A stretch of DNA of 64,000 nucleotides, taken from contig CAZMYW010000008.1 in assembly GCA_964570625.1 (NCBI GenBank), forward strand, positions 43,166 through 107,165. Direction: 5' to 3'. Made by a program: the position numbers and the translations under genes. Every line of letters begins with the position of its first letter. Within the stretch, counting starts at the first letter, position 1. The notes beneath the pieces are model-generated. The model worked only from the letters and a program-made list of their open reading frames with translations, ran no database searches and was not told the origin of the DNA. The stretch comes from an uncultured Nitrospirota bacterium. GTDB lineage: Bacteria; Nitrospirota; Nitrospiria; 2-01-FULL-66-17. This document shows, piece by piece, positions 44,239 to 54,414 of the stretch.

Positions 44239-47190
44239 ATGAGATCGACTCCAATCTGGAGTCCGCCGCACCAGAAGAGATTGCGACTGGCGGCCATCTG
44301 CGCGTTGGTCGTGACAACGTTAGCCGGTCCGTCCCTGGCGGTTGCCCAACTGTCCGAGCGGCCGGGTACGTCGACCGATACCTCGCTCGGGGCCAAAGAT
44401 GTGACCGGAAAATCGGTGAAGGATCGCCGCGTGCGCGTCGTCCACTCCGAGGACCCCACGGTCGAAGGTGGTTCGCGGTATCTGCAGGAAGTTGATCCCT
44501 GGCTGGCGTTTCAGCGCGGAAAGAACCTGACGCAACGGGAGTTTCGCGCCCGCGACGGCGCGTTCGGACGGGCCGGGTCGTTTTTCGAGCCGAAGTTGTT
44601 GGGGGATCGCGTGACGCCGCGTCTGGGCCGCGATCACGTCAATTCGTGCGGGCTCTGCCACGGGATCCCGTTTCGTGAGCCTGGGGCTGGCGGCAATATT
44701 CCCAAAGGAGCGGGAGAGGGACGGAACACCCCCCACTTCTTCGGCGGCGGGATGGTTGAGATGATCGGGCTGCAAACCCGCCTCAAGGTTCTCCAAGCCT
44801 GCGACTCCGCGCGCCGGGGATTCATTCACATCCGCGACATCCCCAAGGAGCCGATTCTGATCGGGCCGACTCCCGGTGCGTCGTCGATCAACTATGGATG
44901 GTGCGGCGACCGCAACCAGGACGGGGCGCCGGACCTCAACAATGTGTTCCGGGTGTGGTACGTGGACGAGGGTGGGCGCCGCGTCACCATGGACAGCAAC
45001 GGAGACGGGGTGGTCAATCTGCGCGACCCCGATGTGGCGGGCTACAACTTGGAGATGATGGCGTTCGGTTGGGGGGAGACCGAAGGGGCGATGGCTCCCA
45101 CGCTACGCGTGTTTTTCAACGATCCGATCGACACCCACACCGGGATGCAGGCCCATGATCCCACGATGCAGGTTGATGACGGATTGCACGGTGACGACCA
45201 GGCCGGCGACGGACTGGCCGCGGTTTCGATCGCCGGGGCGCGGCAGTTCGCGATCCACGCGCCGGCCGACCGGGGTCTTCGCGTCAACGACCGTGGCCTG
45301 AGCCTGGACGACCCCGACGGGGATGACGTGATCAACGAGATTTCCGAAGGGGATGTCGATCTGGTGGAGTGGTACATGTTGAACGCGCCGGTTCCCGGCG
45401 TCGGTCGGCAAACGGCACAGACCAGGCGGGGTCGCGCGGTGTTCGACACAGTCGGCTGTGCCACCTGTCACGTGCCTGATTGGCGGATTGAAGCGGCCAG
45501 TCCGGACCACTCCGATCGACACCAGCGGTACGACGGTGATCGACGGTTTTTCGATCTGTCGGTCGCGTACCGGGAACAGGCCGCACGCCTGGAAGGCGCG
45601 GTGACTCTCTTGGCGGATCAGAAGGCCGGACGCTGGATGCCGCGCCGCGGTGCCGCGACGGTCCACGGGATCTTCTCGGATTTCAAACACCATGAGATGG
45701 GCCAGGCATTCGCCGAGACCTTGTTCAATGGAGCGAAGGTAACCCGATTCCGCACGGCTCCTTTGTGGGGCGTCGGGAGTTCGGCACCGTACGGGCATGA
45801 CGGCGCCAGCCTGACCTTGGACGACGTGATCCGTCGACACGGCGGAGAAGCCGCGGAGGTGGCAGCGCGCTACCGTCGCGCGCCGGCGCAAGACCGGGAC
45901 GCGCTCGTCGGGTTTCTCCAGAGTCTAGTGCTCTATCAGGGCGACCACGTGCCGACTGACTTGAACGGAGACGGCGCAGTGTCGGAACATTTTATGGTTG
46001 CGGGACGAGACACCGGAGTGGAGCGATTCAACCCCGAATGGTTGTTTCGCGCGCCGTGCGCGATCGAAGGGCCGGCCCGTGCGCCTGATGGATCTGCGAT
46101 CACATCGTTCGCGTGCGTGAATGCGCCGGAGGCCTACGGGGAGTCGCTGGCCTGGCTTCGCGATGCGGACGACGACGGGTTCCCCGATCCGAGCGACCCC
46201 TGCCCCGCTGCAACCGGATACGCGACCGGATGCCCGGCGTCGACCGAAGCGGCAGCCGCGCTCGCCATCACACCTGCGAGCGACGTGGCCTCGACCGTGG
46301 CGTTAGCCGTGGACCCGCGGACGCCGCGCATCGTCTGGGCCGCAGGCACGGACGGGTGGGGCGTGCGGAGGAGTCTGGACGCCGGACGGACGTGGCGAAC
46401 GATGACGGTCGATCCGCGGGTGGCCCACGCCACGGCCGTGGCCGTCGATCCGAGCGATTCGAACGTGGTGTACGTCGGCTCGTCGTCGGGCGTGTTCGTC
46501 AGTCGCGATGGCGGAGCGACCTGGGCGCTGCGGGACGAAGGGATGAGCGATCCACGGGTATTCGCGCTCGCCGTCAATCTGCGCTCGCCCCATACCGTGT
46601 ACGCCGGTGGGTTCGGCGGACGGCTGTACCGTTCGACCGACGGCGGAGCGACCTGGGCGGAGACGCGGATCGGATCCGATGTGTACCGCGTCACCTCGTT
46701 GGCGGTGGATGCCGGCGACTCCAGTGTTCCTGCGTTGGAGAATCGAGCGAACGCCCTTTACGCGGGCACGAGCGGCGGCGGGGCGTTCCGAAGCGACGAC
46801 GGGGGGGGCACATGGCGGGCGCTGCCGGGTCTCTCGGAACGCATCGTGTACGCGATCGGTCTCGACCCGCGGATCCCCAGCACGATCTACGCCGGGACAC
46901 CAGCCGGCGTCTACCGCAGCCTGGACCGTGGCGGCGTCTGGACCCAAGCGGGACCCGGACCGTCGGTTCCGGTGTTGTGTCTGGCGGTCGATCCGGAGCG
47001 ACCGGCGGCGGTGCTGGTCGGGACCCCGGACGGGGTGATGGCGACGGCGGACGGCGGACTGACCTGGCGTCGCGGCGTTGGGATTGCAGCGGACGGTCCG
47101 GTCGTGTCGTTGGTGCTTGATCCGTGGAATCCGAACATGGCGTACGCAGCGACGTTCGGCGGGCGGGTGGTGGGCGGAACCGCGCGGTAG
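44239..47190 (+). CDS. Exported di-heme oxidoreductase (DHOR-like) fused to an Asp-box beta-propeller
   Basis: Signal peptide; CGLCH and CATCH; FRTAPLWGVG, YGHDG and RHGGEA; six SxDGGxTW-like boxes in the last ~300 aa. Confidence 0.8.
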   Translation: MRSTPIWSPPHQKRLRLAAICALVVTTLAGPSLAVAQLSERPGTSTDTSLGAKDVTGKSVKDRRVRVVHSEDPTVEGGSRYLQEVDPWLAFQRGKNLTQREFRARDGAFGRAGSFFEPKLLGDRVTPRLGRDHVNSCGLCHGIPFREPGAGGNIPKGAGEGRNTPHFFGGGMVEMIGLQTRLKVLQACDSARRGFIHIRDIPKEPILIGPTPGASSINYGWCGDRNQDGAPDLNNVFRVWYVDEGGRRVTMDSNGDGVVNLRDPDVAGYNLEMMAFGWGETEGAMAPTLRVFFNDPIDTHTGMQAHDPTMQVDDGLHGDDQAGDGLAAVSIAGARQFAIHAPADRGLRVNDRGLSLDDPDGDDVINEISEGDVDLVEWYMLNAPVPGVGRQTAQTRRGRAVFDTVGCATCHVPDWRIEAASPDHSDRHQRYDGDRRFFDLSVAYREQAARLEGAVTLLADQKAGRWMPRRGAATVHGIFSDFKHHEMGQAFAETLFNGAKVTRFRTAPLWGVGSSAPYGHDGASLTLDDVIRRHGGEAAEVAARYRRAPAQDRDALVGFLQSLVLYQGDHVPTDLNGDGAVSEHFMVAGRDTGVERFNPEWLFRAPCAIEGPARAPDGSAITSFACVNAPEAYGESLAWLRDADDDGFPDPSDPCPAATGYATGCPASTEAAAALAITPASDVASTVALAVDPRTPRIVWAAGTDGWGVRRSLDAGRTWRTMTVDPRVAHATAVAVDPSDSNVVYVGSSSGVFVSRDGGATWALRDEGMSDPRVFALAVNLRSPHTVYAGGFGGRLYRSTDGGATWAETRIGSDVYRVTSLAVDAGDSSVPALENRANALYAGTSGGGAFRSDDGGGTWRALPGLSERIVYAIGLDPRIPSTIYAGTPAGVYRSLDRGGVWTQAGPGPSVPVLCLAVDPERPAAVLVGTPDGVMATADGGLTWRRGVGIAADGPVVSLVLDPWNPNMAYAATFGGRVVGGTAR

Positions 47191-47197
47191 GTCGCGC

Positions 47198-47800
47198 TCA
47201 GTTCAGGTTGGGGTCGCGCGGCATGGTGGCGTAGACCGCGTGCCGAGGACCCAATGAACGCATCAGTTCCGGCCAGACCACCGTGGGATCGGCGTCGAAA
47301 ATCCACTTGGAGTCTGCCGGGACCACGATCCATGACTGGGTCGTTAATTCCCCGTCGAGTTGTCCAGCCGACCAGCCCGCGTACCCCGCGTATCCCCGAA
47401 AGACCGTGTCGACGACCCGCGACGAGACGGAATCGCCGTCCGACACGTCATCAGACGCCTCAGCCTCCGACACGAGCGACTTCAAGGTAGGCAGGTCCGT
47501 ACCCAGATACACGTCCGAAAATACGTGATGCGAGGATGGAGGCTCCCAGCCGGAGCGGATCAGGATCAGCAGGTGGTCGGGTTGGACGGGGCCTCCGGAG
47601 TAGATCACGTCGTCGCGTTCCGCTTCGGAGAGTTGATGGACGGCCTCGGTCAGGACGAGCTCGGTGGGACGGTTGATCACCAACCCCATGCTGCCGCGGT
47701 CGTTGTGCTCGCACAACAGGATCACGGATTGCCTGAAGTTGGGATCGTACATGCCGGGGCCGGCGATCAACAGCGCGCCTTTTTCGAGCACAGAACCCAT
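47198..47800 (-). CDS. YqgE/AlgH-family protein
   Basis: DPNFRQSVILLCEH, GLVINRP, GGPV and GYAGWSAGQL. Confidence 0.92.
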   Translation of the reverse strand: MGSVLEKGALLIAGPGMYDPNFRQSVILLCEHNDRGSMGLVINRPTELVLTEAVHQLSEAERDDVIYSGGPVQPDHLLILIRSGWEPPSSHHVFSDVYLGTDLPTLKSLVSEAEASDDVSDGDSVSSRVVDTVFRGYAGYAGWSAGQLDGELTTQSWIVVPADSKWIFDADPTVVWPELMRSLGPRHAVYATMPRDPNLN

Positions 47801-47870
47801 GTATTGATCGTATATCCGCGCTGAGTGAAAGTCCAGAGGGCGTGCCCGCGCCCGCGAGCGGCGCGGTTTC

Positions 47871-47915
47871 TTGACAAAGCCCACCCCCTCGGCTAGAGTC
47901 ACTTGGCCGGTGACT
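47871..47915 (+). promoter_or_regulatory. Sigma70 promoter with overlapping inverted repeat, upstream of the fatty-acid cluster
   Basis: TTGACA-N17-TAGAGT; AGTCAC-N7-GTGACT at 47897-47915. Confidence 0.65.
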
Positions 47916-48099
47916 ATAGTAAATATATTCGGTATATATGACGCCCGCGAGGGGCCCGGCGCACCGGCCGCGTCGGCGCGAATCCCGGATCGGGCAAATC
48001 CTGGCAGGATCCCTTGAGCGATACGGACGTGATTCGCAGCAACCGCATGAACCGACGGAGTGGCCGCATCGCGGTATCCTCCCCGCCCAGAGGATCGGC

Positions 48100-49782
48100 G
48101 TGAGCGCCCGCTGGGTCGCGTCGTATGAGCAGGGGATTTCTCCGACCCTCACGTATCCCGCCGTTCCGCTCCATGACCTGCTGTCGGCCACTGCGTCCCG
48201 ATATCCCTCGCATCCCGCATTGATATTTTACGGCCGTCGGTTCACCTATCGCGATGTCGAGCGGTCGGCCAGCCGGTTCGGCGACGCCCTGACTCATCTC
48301 GGCGTTCGTAAAGGGGACCGGGTCGCGATGATGCTGCCCAATGTGCCGCAAGCCGTGATCGCGTACTACGGTGCGCTCAAGATCGGAGCCGTCGTCGTTC
48401 AGGTCAATCCGTTGTACGTCGAGCGCGAGATCGAGCAGCAGGTTCGAGACGCCGAGGCGCGAGTCCTCGTGGCGCTCGATCTGTTCTACCCACGAATCGA
48501 GCCGATCCGGATCAGCTCGGGGTTGGAGGCGGTGATCGTCACGTCGGTGAAAGACGCGTTGCCCCGTCACCTCGCGCTGCTCTATCCGCTCAAAGCGTGG
48601 CGCGAAGGCACGAGGGTTTCGGTGCCGAAGAAGGCGCCAGTGTACGACTTCACCGAGGTCCTCGCCGCCTCTCGGGAGGTGACTCCACGGATCAGTGTTG
48701 CGCCCGACGATTTGGCCCTCCTGCAGTACACCGGGGGGACCACCGGCGTTCCTAAGGGGGTCATGTTGACCCACCGGAACCTGGTCGCCAACACGTTGCA
48801 GTGTCGTGCCTGGATGCCGTCATTGCGCGACGGTCAGGAGGTGTTTCTTGGCGTCGTTCCGTTTTTTCACGTGTACGGCATGACGGCATGTATGAATCTC
48901 GCCATGGCCACCGGGGGCACCATCGTCCTGTTGCCGCGTTTCGCCACCAAGGATGTCCTTGGTGCGATCGTGAAATATCGCGCCACGATCTTTATGGGTG
49001 TGCAGGCGATGTACGTGGCGATCAACAATTTCCCTGACGTGCGGCGGTATGACCTTTCGACGATTCGGATTTGCATCAGCGGAGCGGGGCCATTGCACAC
49101 GGAGGTGCAGGAACGGTTCGAGGCGCTGACGGGCGGCAAGGTGGTCGAGGGCTTCGGGCTGAGCGAAGCGTCGCCGGTCACACACGTGACGCCGATCTTC
49201 GGCAAGCGTAAGAAGGGCACCATCGGGTTACCGCTGCCTGACACCGACGCGAAGGTCGTTGACGTGCAGTCGGGAACCCGCGAACTGCCGGTTGGCGAGC
49301 CGGGGGAGCTGATCGTGCGGGGCCCTCAGGTGATGAAGGGATACTGGCGGCGGCCGGAAGAGAGCGCGGCGGTTCTGCACGACGGGTGGCTGCACACCGG
49401 CGACATTGCCACGATCGACGACGAGGGGTACTTTGCGATTGTGGACCGCAAGAAAGACATGATCAAAACCAAGGGCGAAAACGTGTACCCGCGCGAGGTG
49501 GAGGAGGTTCTCTACCGTCATCCAAAAATCAAGGATGCGGTGGTGGTCGGCCTTCCCGAAGAGTTCATGGGAGAGATGATCAAGGCGTACGTGGTCCTGA
49601 AAGACGGAGAGACATCGACCGAACGCGAGATCATCGAACACTGCGGCCGCGATCTGGCGAAATTCAAAGTGCCCAAGGCCGTCGAGTTTCGCTCAGAACT
49701 GCCGAAAACGATCATCGGGAAAGTGCTGCGGCGCGTGTTGGTGGATGAGGAACTCAAGAAGCGGCATGCGTTGGTGGGCTAG
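48100..49782 (+). CDS. fadD: Long-chain-fatty-acid--CoA ligase
   Basis: LQYTGGTTGVPKG, EGFGLSE, WLHTGD and VYPREVEEVL. Start refined to GTG 48100 (ORF track gives 47938). Confidence 0.92.
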   Translation: MSARWVASYEQGISPTLTYPAVPLHDLLSATASRYPSHPALIFYGRRFTYRDVERSASRFGDALTHLGVRKGDRVAMMLPNVPQAVIAYYGALKIGAVVVQVNPLYVEREIEQQVRDAEARVLVALDLFYPRIEPIRISSGLEAVIVTSVKDALPRHLALLYPLKAWREGTRVSVPKKAPVYDFTEVLAASREVTPRISVAPDDLALLQYTGGTTGVPKGVMLTHRNLVANTLQCRAWMPSLRDGQEVFLGVVPFFHVYGMTACMNLAMATGGTIVLLPRFATKDVLGAIVKYRATIFMGVQAMYVAINNFPDVRRYDLSTIRICISGAGPLHTEVQERFEALTGGKVVEGFGLSEASPVTHVTPIFGKRKKGTIGLPLPDTDAKVVDVQSGTRELPVGEPGELIVRGPQVMKGYWRRPEESAAVLHDGWLHTGDIATIDDEGYFAIVDRKKDMIKTKGENVYPREVEEVLYRHPKIKDAVVVGLPEEFMGEMIKAYVVLKDGETSTEREIIEHCGRDLAKFKVPKAVEFRSELPKTIIGKVLRRVLVDEELKKRHALVG

Positions 49783-49797
49783 CGGTCGGGAGCGCGT

Positions 49798-50988
49798 ATG
49801 AAGGACGTGGTCATCGTGGACGGGGTTCGAACTCCCATCGGCAACTTCGGCGGCGCGCTGAAGGACGTGACCGCACACGCCATGGGCGCCGCTGTGGTCA
49901 AGGCGCTGGTGGAGCGCACGCGGATCGACCCCGGCGCAGTGGATGAGGTCATCTTCGGCTGCGTGGGGCAACACTCCGACGCGACGAATATGGCGCGCAA
50001 CATCGCACTGTACGCGGGCCTGCCGATCCGGGTGCCGGCCTACACCGTGCAGCGGAACTGTGCCTCGGGGCTTCAGTCGTTGGTCAACGCGTTTCAGAAC
50101 ATCCAAGCCGGCGACGCGGACGTCCAGATTGTGGGAGGGACGGAGAGCATGAGCCAGGCGCCGTTCGTGTCTCGCGACATGCGGTGGGGCAAACGGCTCA
50201 AACACGGTGCGTTCATCGACAGTATTTGGGAAGGCCTGACCGACGGGTTTTGCGGGCAGATCATGGGGTACACCGCGGAAACGCTCGCGGAAGAGTTTAA
50301 GATCACCCGCGACGAGCAGGACAAGTTCGCCGTGCTCTCCCACAAACGGGCATTTCGAGCGGTGCGAGAAGGCAGGTTCAAGGACGAGATCAGTCCGGTG
50401 ATGGTGCCCAAGAAGATGGCGGGTAAGGACGTCACCCCCGAGCCGTTCTCCCAGGACGAAGGACCCAACGCCGCCCTGACCGAGCAACACCTCGCCTTGT
50501 ATCCCACCGTGTTCAAAGAGGGCGGGACGGTGACGCCAGGCAATTCGTGTTCGCTCAACGACGGCGCCGCGGCGACGCTGGTCATGACGGCCGAGCGGGC
50601 GCGGTCCCTCAGCTACGAGCCGCTGGGATTCATTCGGGCGTACGCGTTCATCGGGGTGGAGCCTCAGCGGATGGGCATCGGTCCGGCGGAGGCCATTCCG
50701 TTGGCGCTCAAGAAGGGCAAGGTGTCACTGTCGGACGTACAGCTGTTCGAAATTAACGAGGCGTTCGCCGCGCAGTACCTGGCGGTGGAACAAAAACTCG
50801 GGTTGAACCGCGATATCGTGAACGTCAACGGCGGTGCCATCGCGCTCGGGCACCCGGTGGGAATGACCGGCACCCGGCTCGCCGTGACGCTCCTCCGGGA
50901 GATGAAACGGCGCAATCTCAGCGTAGGGGTCGCCAGCATGTGTGTCGGTGGAGGGATCGGCGCGGCAATGGTGTTGGAACGTCGGTAA
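49798..50988 (+). CDS. Acetyl-CoA acyltransferase (thiolase)
   Basis: QRNCASG, NDGAA, EINEAFA, GGAIALGHP and CVGGG. Confidence 0.95.
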   Translation: MKDVVIVDGVRTPIGNFGGALKDVTAHAMGAAVVKALVERTRIDPGAVDEVIFGCVGQHSDATNMARNIALYAGLPIRVPAYTVQRNCASGLQSLVNAFQNIQAGDADVQIVGGTESMSQAPFVSRDMRWGKRLKHGAFIDSIWEGLTDGFCGQIMGYTAETLAEEFKITRDEQDKFAVLSHKRAFRAVREGRFKDEISPVMVPKKMAGKDVTPEPFSQDEGPNAALTEQHLALYPTVFKEGGTVTPGNSCSLNDGAAATLVMTAERARSLSYEPLGFIRAYAFIGVEPQRMGIGPAEAIPLALKKGKVSLSDVQLFEINEAFAAQYLAVEQKLGLNRDIVNVNGGAIALGHPVGMTGTRLAVTLLREMKRRNLSVGVASMCVGGGIGAAMVLERR

Positions 50989-50999
50989 GGGGAGGAGAC

Positions 51000-52229
51000 A
51001 TGTACATTTATAAAGCGGCGGTGATCGGGGCGGGAACGATGGGCGCGCAAATTGCCCAAACCATTTCCTATTCCGGATTGCCGGTGATCCTGAAAGACAT
51101 CAAGCCTGATTCGGTCGAACGGGGTCTCGCCACCGTGCGGAAGATCTACCAGGGACGCGTGGACAAGGGCAAGATGACCGCACACGAAATGGACCAAAAG
51201 ATGGCGTTCGTCTCCGGGGCAGTCGATTACTCGGGCTTCGGCGACGTGGACCTGGTGATCGAAGCGGTGTTTGAGGATATCAGCATCAAGCGGCGGGTCT
51301 TCTCCGAGCTTGAGGCGGCGTGTCCAGACAATACGATCCTCGCGACGAATTCGTCGTCGTTGTCGATTTCCGCAATCGCTGCGGGGCGCAAGCGTCCGGA
51401 GAAGGTGGTGGGAATTCATTTCTTCAATCCCGCGCACGTCATGAAGCTGGTAGAGGTCATCCCCGGTCTGGCGACGTCGGCGGAGACCGTGGACGACGCA
51501 GTCGCGTTTGCCGAGAGTCTGCGGAAAATTCCGGTGCGGGTCCAAGAGTGTGCGGGATTTCTGGTGAACCGCTTGTTGATGCCCTACCTCAACGAGGCGG
51601 CCGTGGCGCTCCAAGAGATGGGGAAGCCCGAGACCGCGGTCGAGGAGGCCAAACGCGTCGACGCGGCATTGGTCGCGCTGGGATTACCCATGGGACCGTT
51701 CGCGCTGACCGACATGATCGGACTCGACGTGGCGGCGAAAGTGGCGGAAGTCCTCTACGACTCCTTTGGCCCGCGGATGCAGCCCGCCGCGATTCTGGGG
51801 GCGATGGTGAAAGCCGGCCGATTGGGCACTAAATCCGGCGCGGGGTTCTTTACCTATGATGACCGAGCCGACCCCGTGCTGCCGCGGCTTATCGCCGACG
51901 TGCAGAAACAGACGGGCGTCAGCGGCACGTCGTGTTCGCCGAACCGGGTGCTGTTGCCGCTCATCAACGAAGCGGTGATTTGCCTCCAGGAAGGCGTGGC
52001 CACGGCCGCGGACATTGACATCGCCATGATGGCGGGTACGGGGTTCCCGCAAGACAAGGGCGGGCCGCTGCACTATGCCGATCAAGTGGGATTGGACGTG
52101 GTACTGGGTGAAATGGAGCGCATGGCGCGCGAACTGGACCCTCGATTCTGGCCCGCGCCGATGCTCAAGCGGATGGTGGCGGCCGGTTTTCTGGGGACCA
52201 AAACCAAACGGGGCTTCTTCACGTACTGA
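51000..52229 (+). CDS. 3-hydroxyacyl-CoA dehydrogenase with duplicated C-terminal domain
   Basis: GAGTMG, EAVFE, NSSSL, HFFNPA and GFLVNR; second MGTGFP..GGP-like repeat. Confidence 0.92.
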   Translation: MYIYKAAVIGAGTMGAQIAQTISYSGLPVILKDIKPDSVERGLATVRKIYQGRVDKGKMTAHEMDQKMAFVSGAVDYSGFGDVDLVIEAVFEDISIKRRVFSELEAACPDNTILATNSSSLSISAIAAGRKRPEKVVGIHFFNPAHVMKLVEVIPGLATSAETVDDAVAFAESLRKIPVRVQECAGFLVNRLLMPYLNEAAVALQEMGKPETAVEEAKRVDAALVALGLPMGPFALTDMIGLDVAAKVAEVLYDSFGPRMQPAAILGAMVKAGRLGTKSGAGFFTYDDRADPVLPRLIADVQKQTGVSGTSCSPNRVLLPLINEAVICLQEGVATAADIDIAMMAGTGFPQDKGGPLHYADQVGLDVVLGEMERMARELDPRFWPAPMLKRMVAAGFLGTKTKRGFFTY

Positions 52230-52252
52230 CGGACCGGCTGGAGGCACCCCTG

Positions 52253-53035
52253 ATGGGACGACAGTATTTGACCAGCACCACGGAAGACGGCGTGGCCACG
52301 GTGGTGTTCAACAATCCGCCGGCCAATGCCTTGAGCAGTCCGGTGATGACCGAGATCGAAGAGGTGTTTCGCGAACTGGCGGCCGACAACGCCGTCAAGG
52401 CGATCGTGTTCACCGGAGCGGGTTCATTCTTTATTTCAGGCGCCGATCTCAAGGAGGTTGCGGCGATCACTGACGCGGCCAAGGGGCGCGAACTCACCGC
52501 GAGGGGACAACGGATCTTTGACTTCATCGAAGGGATGGACAAGCCGGTGATCGCCGCGATTAACGGCCTATTCTGTCTGGGCGGGGGATTGGAGTTGGCC
52601 ATGGCCTGCCACCTGCGCGTGGCCGGGGAGCGGGTCCGACTTGGGCAGCCGGAGATCGATTTGGGGATTATCCCCGGCTTCGGCGGAACGCAACGCCTTC
52701 CTCGTTTGGTCGGACAAGCCAAAGCGATCGAACTGATCCTCACCGGGGATAAGATTCCCGGGCCGGAGGCCAAGACCATCGGGCTCGTGAACAAGGTCGT
52801 GCCGGACGGCGAAGTGGTCAAACAGGCGCAAGGGCTGGCCAAGAAAATCGCGGGCAAGAGCGCGGTGGCGGTGAAAGCCTCACTCCGGGCGATACGAGAA
52901 GGCCAGGGACGACCTCTGGCTGAGGGGCAAGCGTTGGAATCGGAACTCTTCGGGAAAGTGTGCGAGAGCGCGGACAAGCGTGAGGGCGTTTCCGCGTTTC
53001 TCGAGAAACGGCAGCCGAAATTCCTCGATCGATAA
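52253..53035 (+). CDS. Enoyl-CoA hydratase/isomerase
   Basis: NPPANAL, FISGADL, GGGLELA and QPEIDLGIIPGFGGTQRL. Confidence 0.95.
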   Translation: MGRQYLTSTTEDGVATVVFNNPPANALSSPVMTEIEEVFRELAADNAVKAIVFTGAGSFFISGADLKEVAAITDAAKGRELTARGQRIFDFIEGMDKPVIAAINGLFCLGGGLELAMACHLRVAGERVRLGQPEIDLGIIPGFGGTQRLPRLVGQAKAIELILTGDKIPGPEAKTIGLVNKVVPDGEVVKQAQGLAKKIAGKSAVAVKASLRAIREGQGRPLAEGQALESELFGKVCESADKREGVSAFLEKRQPKFLDR

Positions 53036-53163
53036 CCCAACCCACACGCGCGCAACCCCCCAGCAAGCCCTCGGGGTCTAAGGGGACGCGTCGATCGCGG
53101 CCAGGGAAGACGGCTCCTCCTGCGGTCCCGAACCTGCTTCAAAGCCTCGAGATCGTCCAGCGG

Positions 53164-54414
53164 TTGGCCCGGAACCTCTCCGGCGTGTTCGACCTCAGGT
53201 CAATCGGTGACCAGGTGGTCACGGCGCTGACCAAAGACCTGGGCCTGCATTCCTGCTCGATGATGCTGCTCGACACGGATCGCCGCCGCATCGTCAACGT
53301 GTCGGGCGCCGGTGCCGCGGCGGGTGGTCCCGGTGAAACCCGACGGTCGTTCGAACTTGGTGAGGGCATCGCGGGAGTCGTGGCGCTCGGAGGGCAGGCG
53401 ATCCGCGTGGATGATACGCGTCGAGACTTGCGGTTCCTTCGCCGGTCTCCGGCCATTCGCTCGCTGTTGTGTTTCCCCCTCTTTGCGGGAAATCAGGTCA
53501 TCGGCGTGCTGAATCTGAGTCATCCTGATCCGGGATTTTTTTCTTCGGAACACGAAACGGTGTTTGCGTTGCTGTCGACGGTCGTGGGGCACCTCATCGC
53601 GTTCGCCGGAGTCCAGGCCGAACTGGCTGACCTGAACCAGGACCTCGAAGCGAAGGTACAGGCCAAGACGAAAGAGATCGAGGCCGCCCAGCGCCGGAGT
53701 TTTCAACAGGAGAAGCTGGCGGCGCTGGGCACCCTGGTGGCGGGGATGGCGCACGAACTTAACAACAAGCTGGTTCCGCTGGTCGCCTACTCCCACATGT
53801 TGAACGACTCGCTCCGGTCTGATGACGAGCGACGAGTCATCGCGGCGATGGCCGCCGGGGCGGACGGGGCCAAGGCGATCGTCGAAAGCCTCTTGCGCTT
53901 CTCTCGACCCGAACCGTTGAGTCTGTCCGTGGTCAATTGCAACTCGGTGGTCACAGACGTGACCGCGCTGCTCCTCCAGAGGCGTTCCCGTCCGGAGATC
54001 GAGGTGCGAACCGAGCTGTCACCGGAACCGGCTCTGGTGTGGGGTGACGCGCGACAGCTCGGGCAGGTGCTCGTGAATTTGATCAACAACGGATACGACG
54101 CGATCGAAACACGGGGAGCCATTGAGATCGCGACACGGTCGCACGGACGGACTGTGGAGGTGGCGGTGGCGGATAGTGGGCAAGGGATTTCCGACGAGCA
54201 CTTGTCCAAAATTTTCGATCCGTTTTTCACCACCAAAGAAGTGGGACGGGGAACAGGGTTGGGGCTGTCCCTCTGTTACGGGATGGTCCATGCCCATCAG
54301 GGTGAGATCGACGTGGAGACCCGTCCGGGTCGAACCGTGTTCACTATCCGCCTTCCGGCGGTGGAGCCGGTTGGTGATGCGGACGGGAAACGAGCGAGGA
54401 CTCATGTCGGATGA
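53164..54414 (+). CDS. GAF-domain sensor histidine kinase
   Basis: GAF (GEGIAG.V), H-box AHELNN, N-box NLINN..DA, DSGQGI and GTGLGL. True start may lie upstream. Confidence 0.9.
   Translation: MARNLSGVFDLRSIGDQVVTALTKDLGLHSCSMMLLDTDRRRIVNVSGAGAAAGGPGETRRSFELGEGIAGVVALGGQAIRVDDTRRDLRFLRRSPAIRSLLCFPLFAGNQVIGVLNLSHPDPGFFSSEHETVFALLSTVVGHLIAFAGVQAELADLNQDLEAKVQAKTKEIEAAQRRSFQQEKLAALGTLVAGMAHELNNKLVPLVAYSHMLNDSLRSDDERRVIAAMAAGADGAKAIVESLLRFSRPEPLSLSVVNCNSVVTDVTALLLQRRSRPEIEVRTELSPEPALVWGDARQLGQVLVNLINNGYDAIETRGAIEIATRSHGRTVEVAVADSGQGISDEHLSKIFDPFFTTKEVGRGTGLGLSLCYGMVHAHQGEIDVETRPGRTVFTIRLPAVEPVGDADGKRARTHVG

Noticed and set aside
47985-48030. GGGCAAATCC..GGA resembling a c-di-GMP-I riboswitch start
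   Set aside because: It lacks the GNRA tetraloop stem and the following GACGCAAAG segment.
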